From Bacillota bacterium (GTDB lineage Bacteria > Bacillota > Clostridia > Oscillospirales > Ruminococcaceae): a stretch of DNA of 64,000 nucleotides. The notes under the pieces were generated by a model that saw only the letters and a list, made by a program, of their open reading frames with translations, was not told the DNA's origin and searched no databases. A program made the translations under genes and the position numbers. Shown here in pieces: positions 13,076 through 22,241 of this stretch. Numbering within the stretch: position 1 is the first letter of the stretch; the number at the start of each line of letters is the position of its first letter. The stretch spans positions 9,685 through 73,684 of the forward strand of contig JAEZKF010000027.1 in NCBI GenBank assembly GCA_023415575.1. Reading direction: 5' to 3'.

Positions 13076-14329
13076 ATGAGAAAAATTATATCTCTGTTGC
13101 TCGCTATCGTAATGACACTTTCCCTTGCAGCTTGTAGTTCTGGCAATACCATATCCAAAGAGCCCACTGAATCCAAATCAGCGGAATCCGAGACCCCTTC
13201 TTCTGTAGAACCCACAGAAACCGTTCACATCGGCATTGTAACCGGCTCCGTTTCCCAGTCTGAGGATGACCGCCGTGGTGCGGAAGCCTTCCAGGCGAAG
13301 TACGGCGAAGATATGGTTAAGCTTGCCATCTATCCGGACAACTTTACCGAAGAGCTTGAGACCACTATTCAGACGATTGTTAACCTCTCTGACGACCCCG
13401 ACATGAAGGCTATCATTGTTAACCAGGCTGTTCCCGGTACAACTGAGGCTTTCCGTCAGATCAAAGAGCGTCGTCCTGACATTATCTGCATCGCCGGCGA
13501 GTCCCACGAAGACCTGCCCGAGATTAGCTCCGCAGCTGACCTCGTTTGCAACAACGACTTCGTTGCTCGTGGCTATCTGATCATCAAGACCGCTCACGAC
13601 CTTGGCTGCGACACCTTCGTTCACATCTCCTTCCCGCGTCACATGTCCTATGAGACCATGTCTCGTCGTGTTGCCGTTATGAAGGCCGCTTGCGAAGAGT
13701 TCGGCATGAAGTTCGTTCTTGAGACTGCTCCCGACCCCACAACTGACGTCGGTGTTGCTGGTGCTCAGGCTTACATTCTTGAGAAGGTTCCCGAGTGGGT
13801 TGAAAAGTACGGCAAGAACGCTGCTTACTTCTGCACCAACGATGCTCACACCGAGCCTCTGCTCAAGCAGCTCCTTGAGTACGGCGGTTACTTCATCGAA
13901 GCTGACCTGCCCTCTCCCACCATGGGTTATCCCGGCGCACTCGGCATCGACCTGACTGCTGAAGCTGGCGACTATGCTAAGATCCTTGCTAAGGTTGAGG
14001 CCGCTGTTAACGAAAAGGGTGGCTCTGGCCGCTTTGGTACCTGGGCTTACTCCTATGGCTACACCGTATCTGCCGGCCTTGCTCAGCATGCCCTCAACGT
14101 AATCAACGGCGAGAGCGAGCTGTGCGACATGGATGATATCGCTAAGGCTTACGAGGTATTCTCTCCCGGCGCTGCTTGGAATGGTTCCGGTTACGTAAAC
14201 CTCGCTACCGGCGTTAAGTCCGACAACACCTTCCTTGTATATCAGGATACCTACATCATGGGCAACCCCGGCAAGTACATGGGCTCCACTTCTATCGAGG
14301 TTCCCGAGAAATACTTCACAATCAGCTAA
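13076..14329 (+). CDS. Lipoprotein, type-1 periplasmic-binding-protein-like ABC substrate-binding protein (DUF3798-like from memory)
   Basis: Signal peptide with lipobox MRKIISLLLAIVMTLSLAAC, then a Ser/Glu/Thr linker. First gene of the ABC operon. GAGGAGG ribosome binding site. Confidence 0.75.
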   Translation: MRKIISLLLAIVMTLSLAACSSGNTISKEPTESKSAESETPSSVEPTETVHIGIVTGSVSQSEDDRRGAEAFQAKYGEDMVKLAIYPDNFTEELETTIQTIVNLSDDPDMKAIIVNQAVPGTTEAFRQIKERRPDIICIAGESHEDLPEISSAADLVCNNDFVARGYLIIKTAHDLGCDTFVHISFPRHMSYETMSRRVAVMKAACEEFGMKFVLETAPDPTTDVGVAGAQAYILEKVPEWVEKYGKNAAYFCTNDAHTEPLLKQLLEYGGYFIEADLPSPTMGYPGALGIDLTAEAGDYAKILAKVEAAVNEKGGSGRFGTWAYSYGYTVSAGLAQHALNVINGESELCDMDDIAKAYEVFSPGAAWNGSGYVNLATGVKSDNTFLVYQDTYIMGNPGKYMGSTSIEVPEKYFTIS

Positions 14330-14410
14330 TTTGAACCAGTAAAAATTGAGTAAACTTGGAGGGAGGAGACCTTCTCCTCTCTCCTTGCATATTTAGGATG
14401 GGCGAATATT

Positions 14411-16000
14411 ATGACTAATACTAAATCTCCCCTACTGGAGATGAGGAACGTCAAGAAGGACTTCTTTGGCAATCAGGTGCTCTCAGACATTAACCTGACG
14501 CTTCACGAAGGCGAAGTATTGGGCCTATGCGGAGAGAACGGTGCCGGCAAGTCTACCTTGATGAAAATCCTTTTTGGTATGGATGTTATTCGTGAGACCG
14601 GCGGTTACGACGGCGAAATACTGATTAATGGCGAGAAGGTTACCTTTGCATCGCCTTTTGATGCTCTTGCAGCCGGAATCGGCATGGTACATCAGGAGTT
14701 TTCGCTAATCCCGGGCTTCACAGCAACTGAAAATATATTGTTAAATCGCGAGCCGCAGAAACACAGTGTTGTATCTGAGGTTTTTGGCAGCCGTCTCAAT
14801 ACACTTAACTATAAAGAAATGGATAAGCGTTCGGCAGCTGCTATTGAGAAGATGGGCGTGCATATCGATGCCGACATGGTAATCAACGATATGCCGGTTG
14901 GTCACAAGCAGTTCACGGAGATTGCCCGCGAGCTGAGTAAGGACAACCTCAAGCTTTTGATTCTCGATGAGCCGACCGCTGTTTTGACTGAAAAAGAAGC
15001 CGAGGCCCTGCTCGAATCCATTCGTGGCATGTCCAAGCAGGGAATCGCCGTTATATTTATCACGCATCGTCTGCATGAGATTCTTGATGTCTGCAACAGA
15101 GTTGTTGTTATGCGTGATGGTTATGTAGTGCACGATGTCCCGTCAAGTGAGACAGACGTACATGACATTACCCGCCGAATGGTTGGCCGTGATGTGGATT
15201 CCGCAGCCAAAAATGAGGTGCGCGATCTCTCTCATGAGCCTACGATTCTATCAATCCGCAAGCTGTGGGTCGATATGCCCGGTGAAACCGTTCGCAATGT
15301 TGATCTCGACGTCAAGAAGGGTGAAATCCTTGGTATCGGCGGCCTTGCCGGTCAGGGAAAGCTCGGCATTCCCAATGGCGTAATGGGCCTGTATGAAGCC
15401 GGTGGTACGGTTGAATTTGAAGGGAAGCAAATCCCCCTCAACAACCCCCGTCACTGTCTGGAAGCAGGACTCGCCTTCGTTTCCGAAGACCGTCGTCATG
15501 TCGGACTGCTCTTGGATGAGTCACTTGAGTGGAACGTTTCATTCCAGGCGATGCAGATTCAGGAGAAATGCCTTAAAAAGTACCTTGGCGGTCTTATTAA
15601 ATGGCGTGACGAGAAGGCAATCTCTGAGCTCACTGAAAAGTACATCGAGGAGCTTGCCATTAAGTGCACCAGCTCCAAGCAAAAGGCAAAGGAACTCTCC
15701 GGCGGTAATCAGCAGAAAATCTGCCTTGCCAAGGCCTTTGCGCTTGAACCGAAGTTTTTGTTTGTCTCTGAGCCGACTCGCGGCATCGATGTCGGTGCCA
15801 AGTCGCTGGTGCTGGAAGCATTAAAGAAATTCAATCGTGAGAGCGGCGTCACTATCGTGATGATTTCCTCTGAACTTGAGGAGCTGCGCTCTATTTGCGA
15901 CCGTATTGCCATCGTCTCCGGGGGTAAAATTACCGGTATCTTACCGGCAACTGAGTCCTCGGTGAACTTCGGTGCGCTCATGGTCAGCGATGTAAAGTAA
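14411..16000 (+). CDS. ABC transporter ATP-binding protein, fused double ATPase (CUT2/RbsA-MglA type)
   Basis: 529 aa. Walker A GENGAGKST, LILDEPT, and a second-half signature LSGGNQQK with SEPTRGIDV. Confidence 0.9.
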   Translation: MTNTKSPLLEMRNVKKDFFGNQVLSDINLTLHEGEVLGLCGENGAGKSTLMKILFGMDVIRETGGYDGEILINGEKVTFASPFDALAAGIGMVHQEFSLIPGFTATENILLNREPQKHSVVSEVFGSRLNTLNYKEMDKRSAAAIEKMGVHIDADMVINDMPVGHKQFTEIARELSKDNLKLLILDEPTAVLTEKEAEALLESIRGMSKQGIAVIFITHRLHEILDVCNRVVVMRDGYVVHDVPSSETDVHDITRRMVGRDVDSAAKNEVRDLSHEPTILSIRKLWVDMPGETVRNVDLDVKKGEILGIGGLAGQGKLGIPNGVMGLYEAGGTVEFEGKQIPLNNPRHCLEAGLAFVSEDRRHVGLLLDESLEWNVSFQAMQIQEKCLKKYLGGLIKWRDEKAISELTEKYIEELAIKCTSSKQKAKELSGGNQQKICLAKAFALEPKFLFVSEPTRGIDVGAKSLVLEALKKFNRESGVTIVMISSELEELRSICDRIAIVSGGKITGILPATESSVNFGALMVSDVK

Positions 16001-16011
16001 GGAGGTGCGGT

Positions 16012-17163
16012 ATGAAAAAAGAATCCAAGAATAAGATTTGGGGATCTTCCAAGCTTAACAACGAAGCAAATTCGGTTGCCGCAGCTCCGGCAGATGTTTC
16101 CCCGCTAGTAAAAGCACAGATGAATCCAATACAAAGACTGGTTGCCTCCTTTGGTCTGCCGCGTCTGATTATTGCAGCTTTTCTGTTGCTGTTATTTATC
16201 GCCGCGCCTTTTGTGGGCAGCGATTTCTGGACACAAATTTCCAACACAATCAACCGCTTTAGCTGGAACGCTGTACTGGTGCTAGCCATGGTGCCCATGA
16301 TTCACTCCGGCTGCGGCCTGAACTTCGGTCTGCCGCTCGGCATTATTTCCGGCCTTTTGGGCGCGACGATGGCAATCGAATTTGGCTTTACCGGTGCAGG
16401 CAGCTTCTTCGTTGCAATTGCACTTTCTACGCCAATCGCCATTATTCTGGGCGGCGGCTATGGCTGGCTGCTCAACAAGATTAAGGGCGGCGAAATGATG
16501 ATTGCCACCTATGTCGGCTTTTCATCAGTCTCCTTTATGTGCATGATGTGGCTGCTGCTTCCCTACAAGAGCCCCACGATGGTTTGGGGTTATGCCGGTA
16601 AGGGATTGCGTACAACAATCTCCCTAGAGGGCTTCTATGATAAGGTTCTTGCAAACTTTTTGCAGATTAACATCGGCACCCTCTCCATTCCGACCGGTAC
16701 ACTGCTGTTCTTTGCCCTTCTTGCGTTTGCAATGTGGGCTTTCCTCAAAACCAAGACCGGTACGGCTATGACAGCCGTTGGCTCTAACCCGACCTTCGCC
16801 AAAGCTGCGGGCATCAACATTGATAAGATGCGTATGCTTTCCGTTGTGCTTTCTACCTGGCTTGCAGCCGTCGGCATCCTTGTGTATCAGCAGGGATTTG
16901 GCTTTATTCAGCTTTATATGGCTCCGTTCTATATGGCTCTGCCTGCCGTATCCGCCATCTTAATCGGCGGTGCAAGTGTCAACAAAGCAAGCATTGCCAA
17001 CGTTGTAATCGGCACCTTCCTGTTCCAGGGCATTGTAACGATGACGCCGACAGTTATGAACTCGGTCATCCATATGGACATGAGCGAAGTTATCCGCGTC
17101 ATTGTATCTCAGGGTATGATTCTGTATGCTCTGACCCGTAAAACGGAAGGAGGCGGTAAGTGA
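16012..17163 (+). CDS. ABC transporter permease (RbsC/branched sugar type)
   Basis: 383 aa, polytopic, AAGINIDKMRMLSVVLS motif region. AAGGAGG ribosome binding site. Confidence 0.85.
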   Translation: MKKESKNKIWGSSKLNNEANSVAAAPADVSPLVKAQMNPIQRLVASFGLPRLIIAAFLLLLFIAAPFVGSDFWTQISNTINRFSWNAVLVLAMVPMIHSGCGLNFGLPLGIISGLLGATMAIEFGFTGAGSFFVAIALSTPIAIILGGGYGWLLNKIKGGEMMIATYVGFSSVSFMCMMWLLLPYKSPTMVWGYAGKGLRTTISLEGFYDKVLANFLQINIGTLSIPTGTLLFFALLAFAMWAFLKTKTGTAMTAVGSNPTFAKAAGINIDKMRMLSVVLSTWLAAVGILVYQQGFGFIQLYMAPFYMALPAVSAILIGGASVNKASIANVVIGTFLFQGIVTMTPTVMNSVIHMDMSEVIRVIVSQGMILYALTRKTEGGGK

Positions 17164-18302
17164 TGCAAAACAAGAAGACGCTTCGGCCGGATGGAAACCC
17201 GATTGTGAATTTTCTTAGCAACAACACTGTGCCGATCATGTTTGTGCTGATCTGCGTGTTCTGCATTCCCCTCTCCGGCTTCTCACCAAGCTATCTGCTC
17301 AATGAGATTGTAACGAGAATGGGCCGCAATATCTTCCTCATTCTGAGCTTGCTTATCCCCATTATGGCTGGTATGGGCCTTAACTTCGGTATGACGCTCG
17401 GCGCGATGGCAGGTCAGATTGCTCTGATTTTCGTTGCAGACTGGCAGATCTGGGGTATTCCCGGTATCATCCTTGCCATGATTCTCTCGATTCCGTTTTC
17501 CATCGCACTTGGTCTTTTGTGCGGTAAGCTTTTGAATATGGCCAAGGGTCGCGAGATGATTACAAGCTATATCATCAGCTTTTTTATCAACGGCGTATAC
17601 CAGCTCATCGTTCTTTATATGATGGGTTCCGTTATTCCTATTAAGCACTTCTCCATTAAGCTGCCGCGTGGCTACGGTATCCGCAACACGGTATCGCTGC
17701 TTAACATGCGTCAGTCTCTTGACAACGCTTTGTCTATCACTGTCGGCGGCGTAAAGATTCCGCTTCTGACCTTTGCCATCATTGGTGTACTTTGTCTGTT
17801 TGTGATTTGGTTTCGCAAGACGAAGCTCGGTCAGGACATGCGTGCGGTTGGACAGGATATGGAAGTAGCTCGCGCTGCAGGCATCAATGTCGAGCGCACC
17901 CGCATTATCTCCATTGTCATCTCCACTGTTATGGCAGGCTTTGGTATGATTATCTACCTGCAGAACATGGGCAACCTCTCCACCTATTCCTCTCACTCTC
18001 AGATCGGTATGTTCTGTATTGCAGCATTGCTGGTCGGCGGTGCAAGCGTGGATAAGGCAAACATCGGCAACGTATTCCTCGGTGTTATCCTGTTCCACAC
18101 AATGTTTATCGTCGCTCCTTCTGCCGGCGCAAAAATCACGGGCGACTCCATGATTGGTGAGTACTTCCGTGTGTTCATCTCCTACGGCGTTATCACTATC
18201 GCCCTTGTGATGTATGAGGCTAAGAAGCGCAAGGCAAAAGGCAAGGCAGGACACAAGCTGGCTCAGGCACAGCTTGATGAAGAAAAGGAGGCAGCGGAAT
18301 GA
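17163..18302 (+). CDS. ABC transporter permease (second subunit)
   Basis: Polytopic, AAGINVERTRIISIVIST. ATG 17163 overlaps the upstream stop (TGATG). Confidence 0.85.
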   Translation: MQNKKTLRPDGNPIVNFLSNNTVPIMFVLICVFCIPLSGFSPSYLLNEIVTRMGRNIFLILSLLIPIMAGMGLNFGMTLGAMAGQIALIFVADWQIWGIPGIILAMILSIPFSIALGLLCGKLLNMAKGREMITSYIISFFINGVYQLIVLYMMGSVIPIKHFSIKLPRGYGIRNTVSLLNMRQSLDNALSITVGGVKIPLLTFAIIGVLCLFVIWFRKTKLGQDMRAVGQDMEVARAAGINVERTRIISIVISTVMAGFGMIIYLQNMGNLSTYSSHSQIGMFCIAALLVGGASVDKANIGNVFLGVILFHTMFIVAPSAGAKITGDSMIGEYFRVFISYGVITIALVMYEAKKRKAKGKAGHKLAQAQLDEEKEAAE

Positions 18303-18766
18303 AAGTAAAACGTACGCTGCTTATCCGGGTTGCAGTTATTCTTGTTCTGGTCGCCATCAGCGCAGTTATGATGGTCATTGGACGCGGACACACCGTCTAT
18401 TTTGACAATGTTGCCCTCGACTATAACGGTACGCATTATGACACTCCATATAAGGTAACAGTATTTGTTAATGGCGAGCAGGTCGCAAAGCTCTATGAAA
18501 AAGAGCGCGGCATGGCAACCTGGATGGGTCAGAATTTCAAAATGAAACTCGAGGTCGTTGAAACAAAGGGCGGAGCCGAAGAGACTTACTCAATCAGTCT
18601 GAATCTGCCCTACAGCATGGATGGAATTATTTTAAATCTTCCCGCCCTGCTGCAAGGACTTCCGGAAGAGGCATATTTGACTGAATTCGTCTCGAACGTG
18701 GAAGAAGTTCCTGAAGAAGAGACACCCGGTTCGACAGATGAATTCGACATCGGCGGAGATATCTAA
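18299..18766 (+). CDS. Hypothetical single-pass membrane protein with an acidic tail, coupled to the ABC permease
   Basis: ATGA start/stop overlap with the permease. One N-terminal TM segment (LLIRVAVILVLVAISAVMMVI) and a C-terminal EEVPEEETPGSTDEFDIGGDI. No family recognised. Confidence 0.6.
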   Translation: MKVKRTLLIRVAVILVLVAISAVMMVIGRGHTVYFDNVALDYNGTHYDTPYKVTVFVNGEQVAKLYEKERGMATWMGQNFKMKLEVVETKGGAEETYSISLNLPYSMDGIILNLPALLQGLPEEAYLTEFVSNVEEVPEEETPGSTDEFDIGGDI

Positions 18767-18786
18767 CTTCGTCTTATAACTGCCTA

Positions 18787-18817
18787 AAAGCCCAAGCATT
18801 CACGCTTGGGCTTTTTC
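18787..18817 (+). terminator. Intrinsic terminator of the ABC operon
   Basis: AAAGCCCAAGC-loop-GCTTGGGCTTT followed by TTC. Confidence 0.7.
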
Positions 18818-18952
18818 ATTTATGGATGAACGATAGCGGGTATCTGTTTCCTTTTAAATGATTTGCTTTAATTTACTATACCTGTATAACAGTATGTGCT
18901 ATGATGTTTTTGCAGGTTCGTCGGATTATATGTAGAAATGAAGGTGAAAGCC

Positions 18953-19486
18953 ATGTCTGAGGAAAAAGAGCTTATGCTAAGACTCCAGGACACAGAGTGG
19001 CCGTTTGAATATACGAATCATGACAGAAATATCGTAAGAGCAATTGTTTATGATAAGGAGGGATATTTCTATTTTGTCAGAGCCGTTCGTGATGATAACT
19101 TTGGAAAAGCAACACTCATCGAAACGGCTGGCGGCGTAGAGCAAGGGGAAGATTTGATTACAGCAGTTAAGCGTGAGCTTAAGGAAGAGCTCGGAGTGCA
19201 GGTAGAAGTCGTCTGTAAAATCGGAGTAGTAAGTGATTACTATAATTTGATTCACAGACACAACATCAATAACTACTTCCTGTGTAAAGTTGAGTCTTTT
19301 GGAGAAAAGGATTTGACGCAAGAAGAGATTGAAAGTTATCATCTGTCAACATTAAAGCTCACATATGAAGATGCTGCACGGGAATATGAAGAAAGGGCAC
19401 ACACCAAGCTCGGCAGACTCATTGCAAACAGAGAATTACCCGTTCTACATCGGGCAAAAGAAATCATCAGTAAGGGTTCTATGTGA
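18953..19486 (+). CDS. NUDIX hydrolase
   Basis: NUDIX box GGVEQGEDLITAVKRELKEELGV. AAGGTGA ribosome binding site before ATG 18953. Visibly AT-richer than its neighbours. Confidence 0.8.
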   Translation: MSEEKELMLRLQDTEWPFEYTNHDRNIVRAIVYDKEGYFYFVRAVRDDNFGKATLIETAGGVEQGEDLITAVKRELKEELGVQVEVVCKIGVVSDYYNLIHRHNINNYFLCKVESFGEKDLTQEEIESYHLSTLKLTYEDAAREYEERAHTKLGRLIANRELPVLHRAKEIISKGSM

Positions 19487-19498
19487 AACGGTTTCTCA

Positions 19499-19527
19499 GG
19501 CGGACTGCTATGCTGTCCGCTTATTTG
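19499..19527 (+). terminator. Intrinsic terminator after the NUDIX gene
   Basis: GGCGGAC-loop-GTCCGC followed by TTATTTG. Confidence 0.5.
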
Positions 19528-19609
19528 ATTTCCGCTATTTACTTATTATTCTTATAAGAGTAATATTTTACAAGAAGACATCGTAGTCAGTCATTGGAGG
19601 AAAAATAAG

Positions 19610-20302
19610 ATGAAGGTTCAGCGTTTTTACATTGATTATATCCCTGCCCTGCTTTGGGGCGAGCCCTCGGACAATCTCTATATCCATGTGCACGGCAAGA
19701 TGTCCTGCAAGGAGTACGCAGAAGGCTTTGCCGAAATTGCAGCCCGCAAGGGCTTTCAAACCCTCAGCTTCGACCTGCCAGAGCATGGTGACCGAAAGAG
19801 CTCGCGTGAGCGCTGCGACATCTGGAACGGCATGTGCGACCTGACGCTGGTGGCCGACTACGCCTTTCCTAAGTGGAAGAACCTCTCCCTCTTTGCTTGC
19901 AGCGTGGGTGCGTATTTTAGCCTGAACACCTATGCCGACCGAGGCTTTCAAAAGTGCCTGTTCCAATCCCCGATTGTGGACATGGAGTACCTGGTTGGCC
20001 GGATGTTTGAGTGGTTTAATGTCACAGAAGAAAGACTCCGCGAGGAAAGGGAAATCCCAAATTCCATAGACCCCTTGCGGTGGGATTACTACCAATACAT
20101 TAAGGCCCACCCCATCCAAAAGTGGGATATCCCCACCGCCATCCTGTACGGCGGCAAAGACGCCATGCAGTCACAAGAGGTCATGCAGCGCTTTGCAAAG
20201 GCCCATAACTGCAAGCTGACGATATCACCCAACAGCGAACACCCCTTTATGGATAGGGATGATTTGCTCATCCTTCAAAGGTGGCTTGAGGAGAACATAT
20301 AG
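19610..20302 (+). CDS. Alpha/beta hydrolase family protein
   Basis: 230 aa. HVHGKMSCKE, a nucleophile-elbow-like ACSVG, and a C-terminal SEHPFMD. GGAGG ribosome binding site. Confidence 0.7.
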   Translation: MKVQRFYIDYIPALLWGEPSDNLYIHVHGKMSCKEYAEGFAEIAARKGFQTLSFDLPEHGDRKSSRERCDIWNGMCDLTLVADYAFPKWKNLSLFACSVGAYFSLNTYADRGFQKCLFQSPIVDMEYLVGRMFEWFNVTEERLREEREIPNSIDPLRWDYYQYIKAHPIQKWDIPTAILYGGKDAMQSQEVMQRFAKAHNCKLTISPNSEHPFMDRDDLLILQRWLEENI

Positions 20303-20317
20303 GCTTATATACAGCTA

Positions 20318-20348
20318 AGGGACGCCGTATTCGGCGTCCCTTTCATAT
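20318..20348 (+). terminator. Intrinsic terminator
   Basis: AGGGACGCCG-tatt-CGGCGTCCCT followed by TTCATATT. Confidence 0.65.
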
Positions 20349-20462
20349 TATCCCTTCGGCGGTTACCTGCACCTTTAGAACAGGAATACATTAAAGGCCT
20401 GATATGTACCCAATGTTTCATTGATTCCGCGGATGGTTATCGCGGCACGCAGGTCACCTAAC

Positions 20463-20800
20463 TCAATTATGGTGATGGCCGCGCCCGTCGTCGACATTTC
20501 CAAAGCCGAACTGTTCGCACAGTTTGCCGGTCGACTCAAACCTGTTTCTGCCGATTTTGGCGCGGTACTCGATATGAAGAACCCGCCCGTTTTCGCAGAT
20601 GACGGTCAGGGGATACTTCGAATGTTCATAAAACCCATGACATCCCCGTCGCTCAGCGTATCTTCGGAATCAAACCAGTAACCAAGTGACAGTAAATCAC
20701 TGTCGGTGTATTCCGGGTATTTTGCAAAGTTAAAGACCTCGTCCTGCTCATAGAGCGGAACAATATTGCTCAAAGTAGAACACGAGGTATATAACATCAA
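20463..20800 (-). pseudogene. Small hypothetical gene split by a 1-nt frameshift at a C4 run
   Basis: The 64-aa ORF (20606-20800) ends ...GFMNIRSIP*. The neighbouring frame continues as protein-like LTVICENGRVLHIEYRAKIGRNRFESTGKLCEQFGFGNVDDG to TGA 20465-20463. The junction is the GGGG/CCCC run at 20609-20612. Confidence 0.35.
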
Positions 20801-20866
20801 TCAAACTGCGCAAAGCAGGGCGGATAAAACTCTTTTTACCATGACGTCAACTCCTAGAACGTCTCA

Positions 20867-22132
20867 TTACCCCTCATACACCACGCTGCCACGGCAGATG
20901 GTATACCGAACTGTGCCAAACAGCGTCCTGCCGGTAAAGGGGGTGTTTTTGCTGCGGGAGAAGTATACCCCTGCGACAAAGGCCCTATCTGGGTCGAACA
21001 CCGTCACATCTGCAGGTGCTCCGACCGAAAGCGTACCGCTGTCAAACCCGTATAAAGCCGAGGGATTCACCGTCATCTTGCGGATAAGCTCTGAAAGTGT
21101 CAGGTGCCCTTTGCGCACCAGCTCGGTGATGCCGAGCCCCAGCGCCGTTTCAAGCCCGATCATACCGCTGGGGGCCTGCACAAAGGGGCGGGCCTTTTCC
21201 TCGTCGGAATGCGGGGCGTGGTCGGTGGCGATGATGGAAAGGGTCCCGTCGCGCAGTCCTTCGATGACAGCAAGCCTGTCCTCCTCGGTGCGCAAGGGCG
21301 GGTTTACCTTTGCAAGGGTGCCATGCCTTAGTATCTCCCGCTCGGTCAGGGTAAAGTGCTGGGGGGTTGCCTCGGCGGTCACATCCGCCCCCATGCGCTT
21401 TGCAAGGCGAACAAGCTCCACCGCCCGCGCAGAGCTGATATGCTGGATGTTAACCCGCGCACCGGTGTGCAGGGCGAGCATACAGTCCCGCGCAACAAGT
21501 ACATCCTCGGCAGCAGCGGGTGCTCCGGTAAGCCCCAGCATCAATGCAATCTCCCCTGCGTTTACCCCGCTTTCGCCTATCAAGGCGGGGTGCTCCTCGT
21601 GCAGGCTGATGGGTAGGTTTAGCGCCTTTGCCCTGACCATAGCATCCAGCAGCAGGTGTTCATCCACAAGCGGGATGCCGTCATCCGAAAAGCCCGCAGC
21701 GCCGTTTTGGGCAAGGGCCTCCATGTCGGTCAGCTCCTGCCCCGCCATGCCCTTTGTAATGGCTGCCACCGTATGCACGCGAATCGGCGCCTCGCTCCCC
21801 TTTTCTATCACATAGCTTAGGGTATCCACATCATCCACCACGGGCTTGGTGTTCGCCATGCACACCACGGTGGTAAACCCGCCGCGGGCTGCCGAGGCGC
21901 TGCCCGTGAGGATATCCTCCTTGTGGGTGAGGCCGGGGTCGCGAAAGTGCACATGCACATCCACAAGGCCGGGGCATACCACCATGCCCGATGCGTCAAT
22001 GACGCGCATCCCCTCTTTTGGCGTAAGCCCCTTGCCAACGGCGGCAATCCGGTCCTCGCAGACCATGAGGTCAAGGATATCGTCGATGTTGTTTGCGGGG
22101 TCGATGACACGTCCGTTTTGAATCAGCAGCAT
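20867..22132 (-). CDS. pyrC: Dihydroorotase
   Basis: 421 aa. PGLVDVHVHFRDPG metal-binding motif, ATDHAPH, amidohydrolase fold. Confidence 0.9.
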   Translation of the reverse strand: MLLIQNGRVIDPANNIDDILDLMVCEDRIAAVGKGLTPKEGMRVIDASGMVVCPGLVDVHVHFRDPGLTHKEDILTGSASAARGGFTTVVCMANTKPVVDDVDTLSYVIEKGSEAPIRVHTVAAITKGMAGQELTDMEALAQNGAAGFSDDGIPLVDEHLLLDAMVRAKALNLPISLHEEHPALIGESGVNAGEIALMLGLTGAPAAAEDVLVARDCMLALHTGARVNIQHISSARAVELVRLAKRMGADVTAEATPQHFTLTEREILRHGTLAKVNPPLRTEEDRLAVIEGLRDGTLSIIATDHAPHSDEEKARPFVQAPSGMIGLETALGLGITELVRKGHLTLSELIRKMTVNPSALYGFDSGTLSVGAPADVTVFDPDRAFVAGVYFSRSKNTPFTGRTLFGTVRYTICRGSVVYEG

Positions 22133-22194
22133 TACCCTATCCCCAATTCCGTTTTATTTAGATTGATTATACCTGTTTTTGCGCTGTATTTCTA

Positions 22195-22226
22195 CAAAAA
22201 AGCCGCATCCATTTCGGGTGCGGCCT
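22195..22226 (-). terminator. Intrinsic terminator after the 22242-23324 gene
   Basis: Minus strand: GCCGCACCC-gaaat-GGATGCGGC followed by TTTTTTG. Confidence 0.6.
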
Positions 22227-22241
22227 TTGCGTTAAAACCAA

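Noticed and set aside
13178-14089. 303-aa minus-strand ORF antisense to the ABC binding-protein gene
   Set aside because: It lies entirely inside a well-supported plus-strand gene that has a lipoprotein signal and a ribosome binding site. Its translation is low-complexity (Gly/Val/Asn/Leu-rich) with no start context. This is a typical stop-poor antisense frame in GC-rich coding DNA.
17283-18254. 323-aa minus-strand ORF antisense to the second ABC permease
   Set aside because: Same reasoning. The plus-strand product is a clear polytopic permease, and the antisense translation has no hydrophobic or domain pattern.
20766-21815. 349-aa plus-strand ORF antisense to pyrC
   Set aside because: Ser/Ala/Arg/Pro-rich translation opposite a dihydroorotase gene with intact metal-binding motifs.
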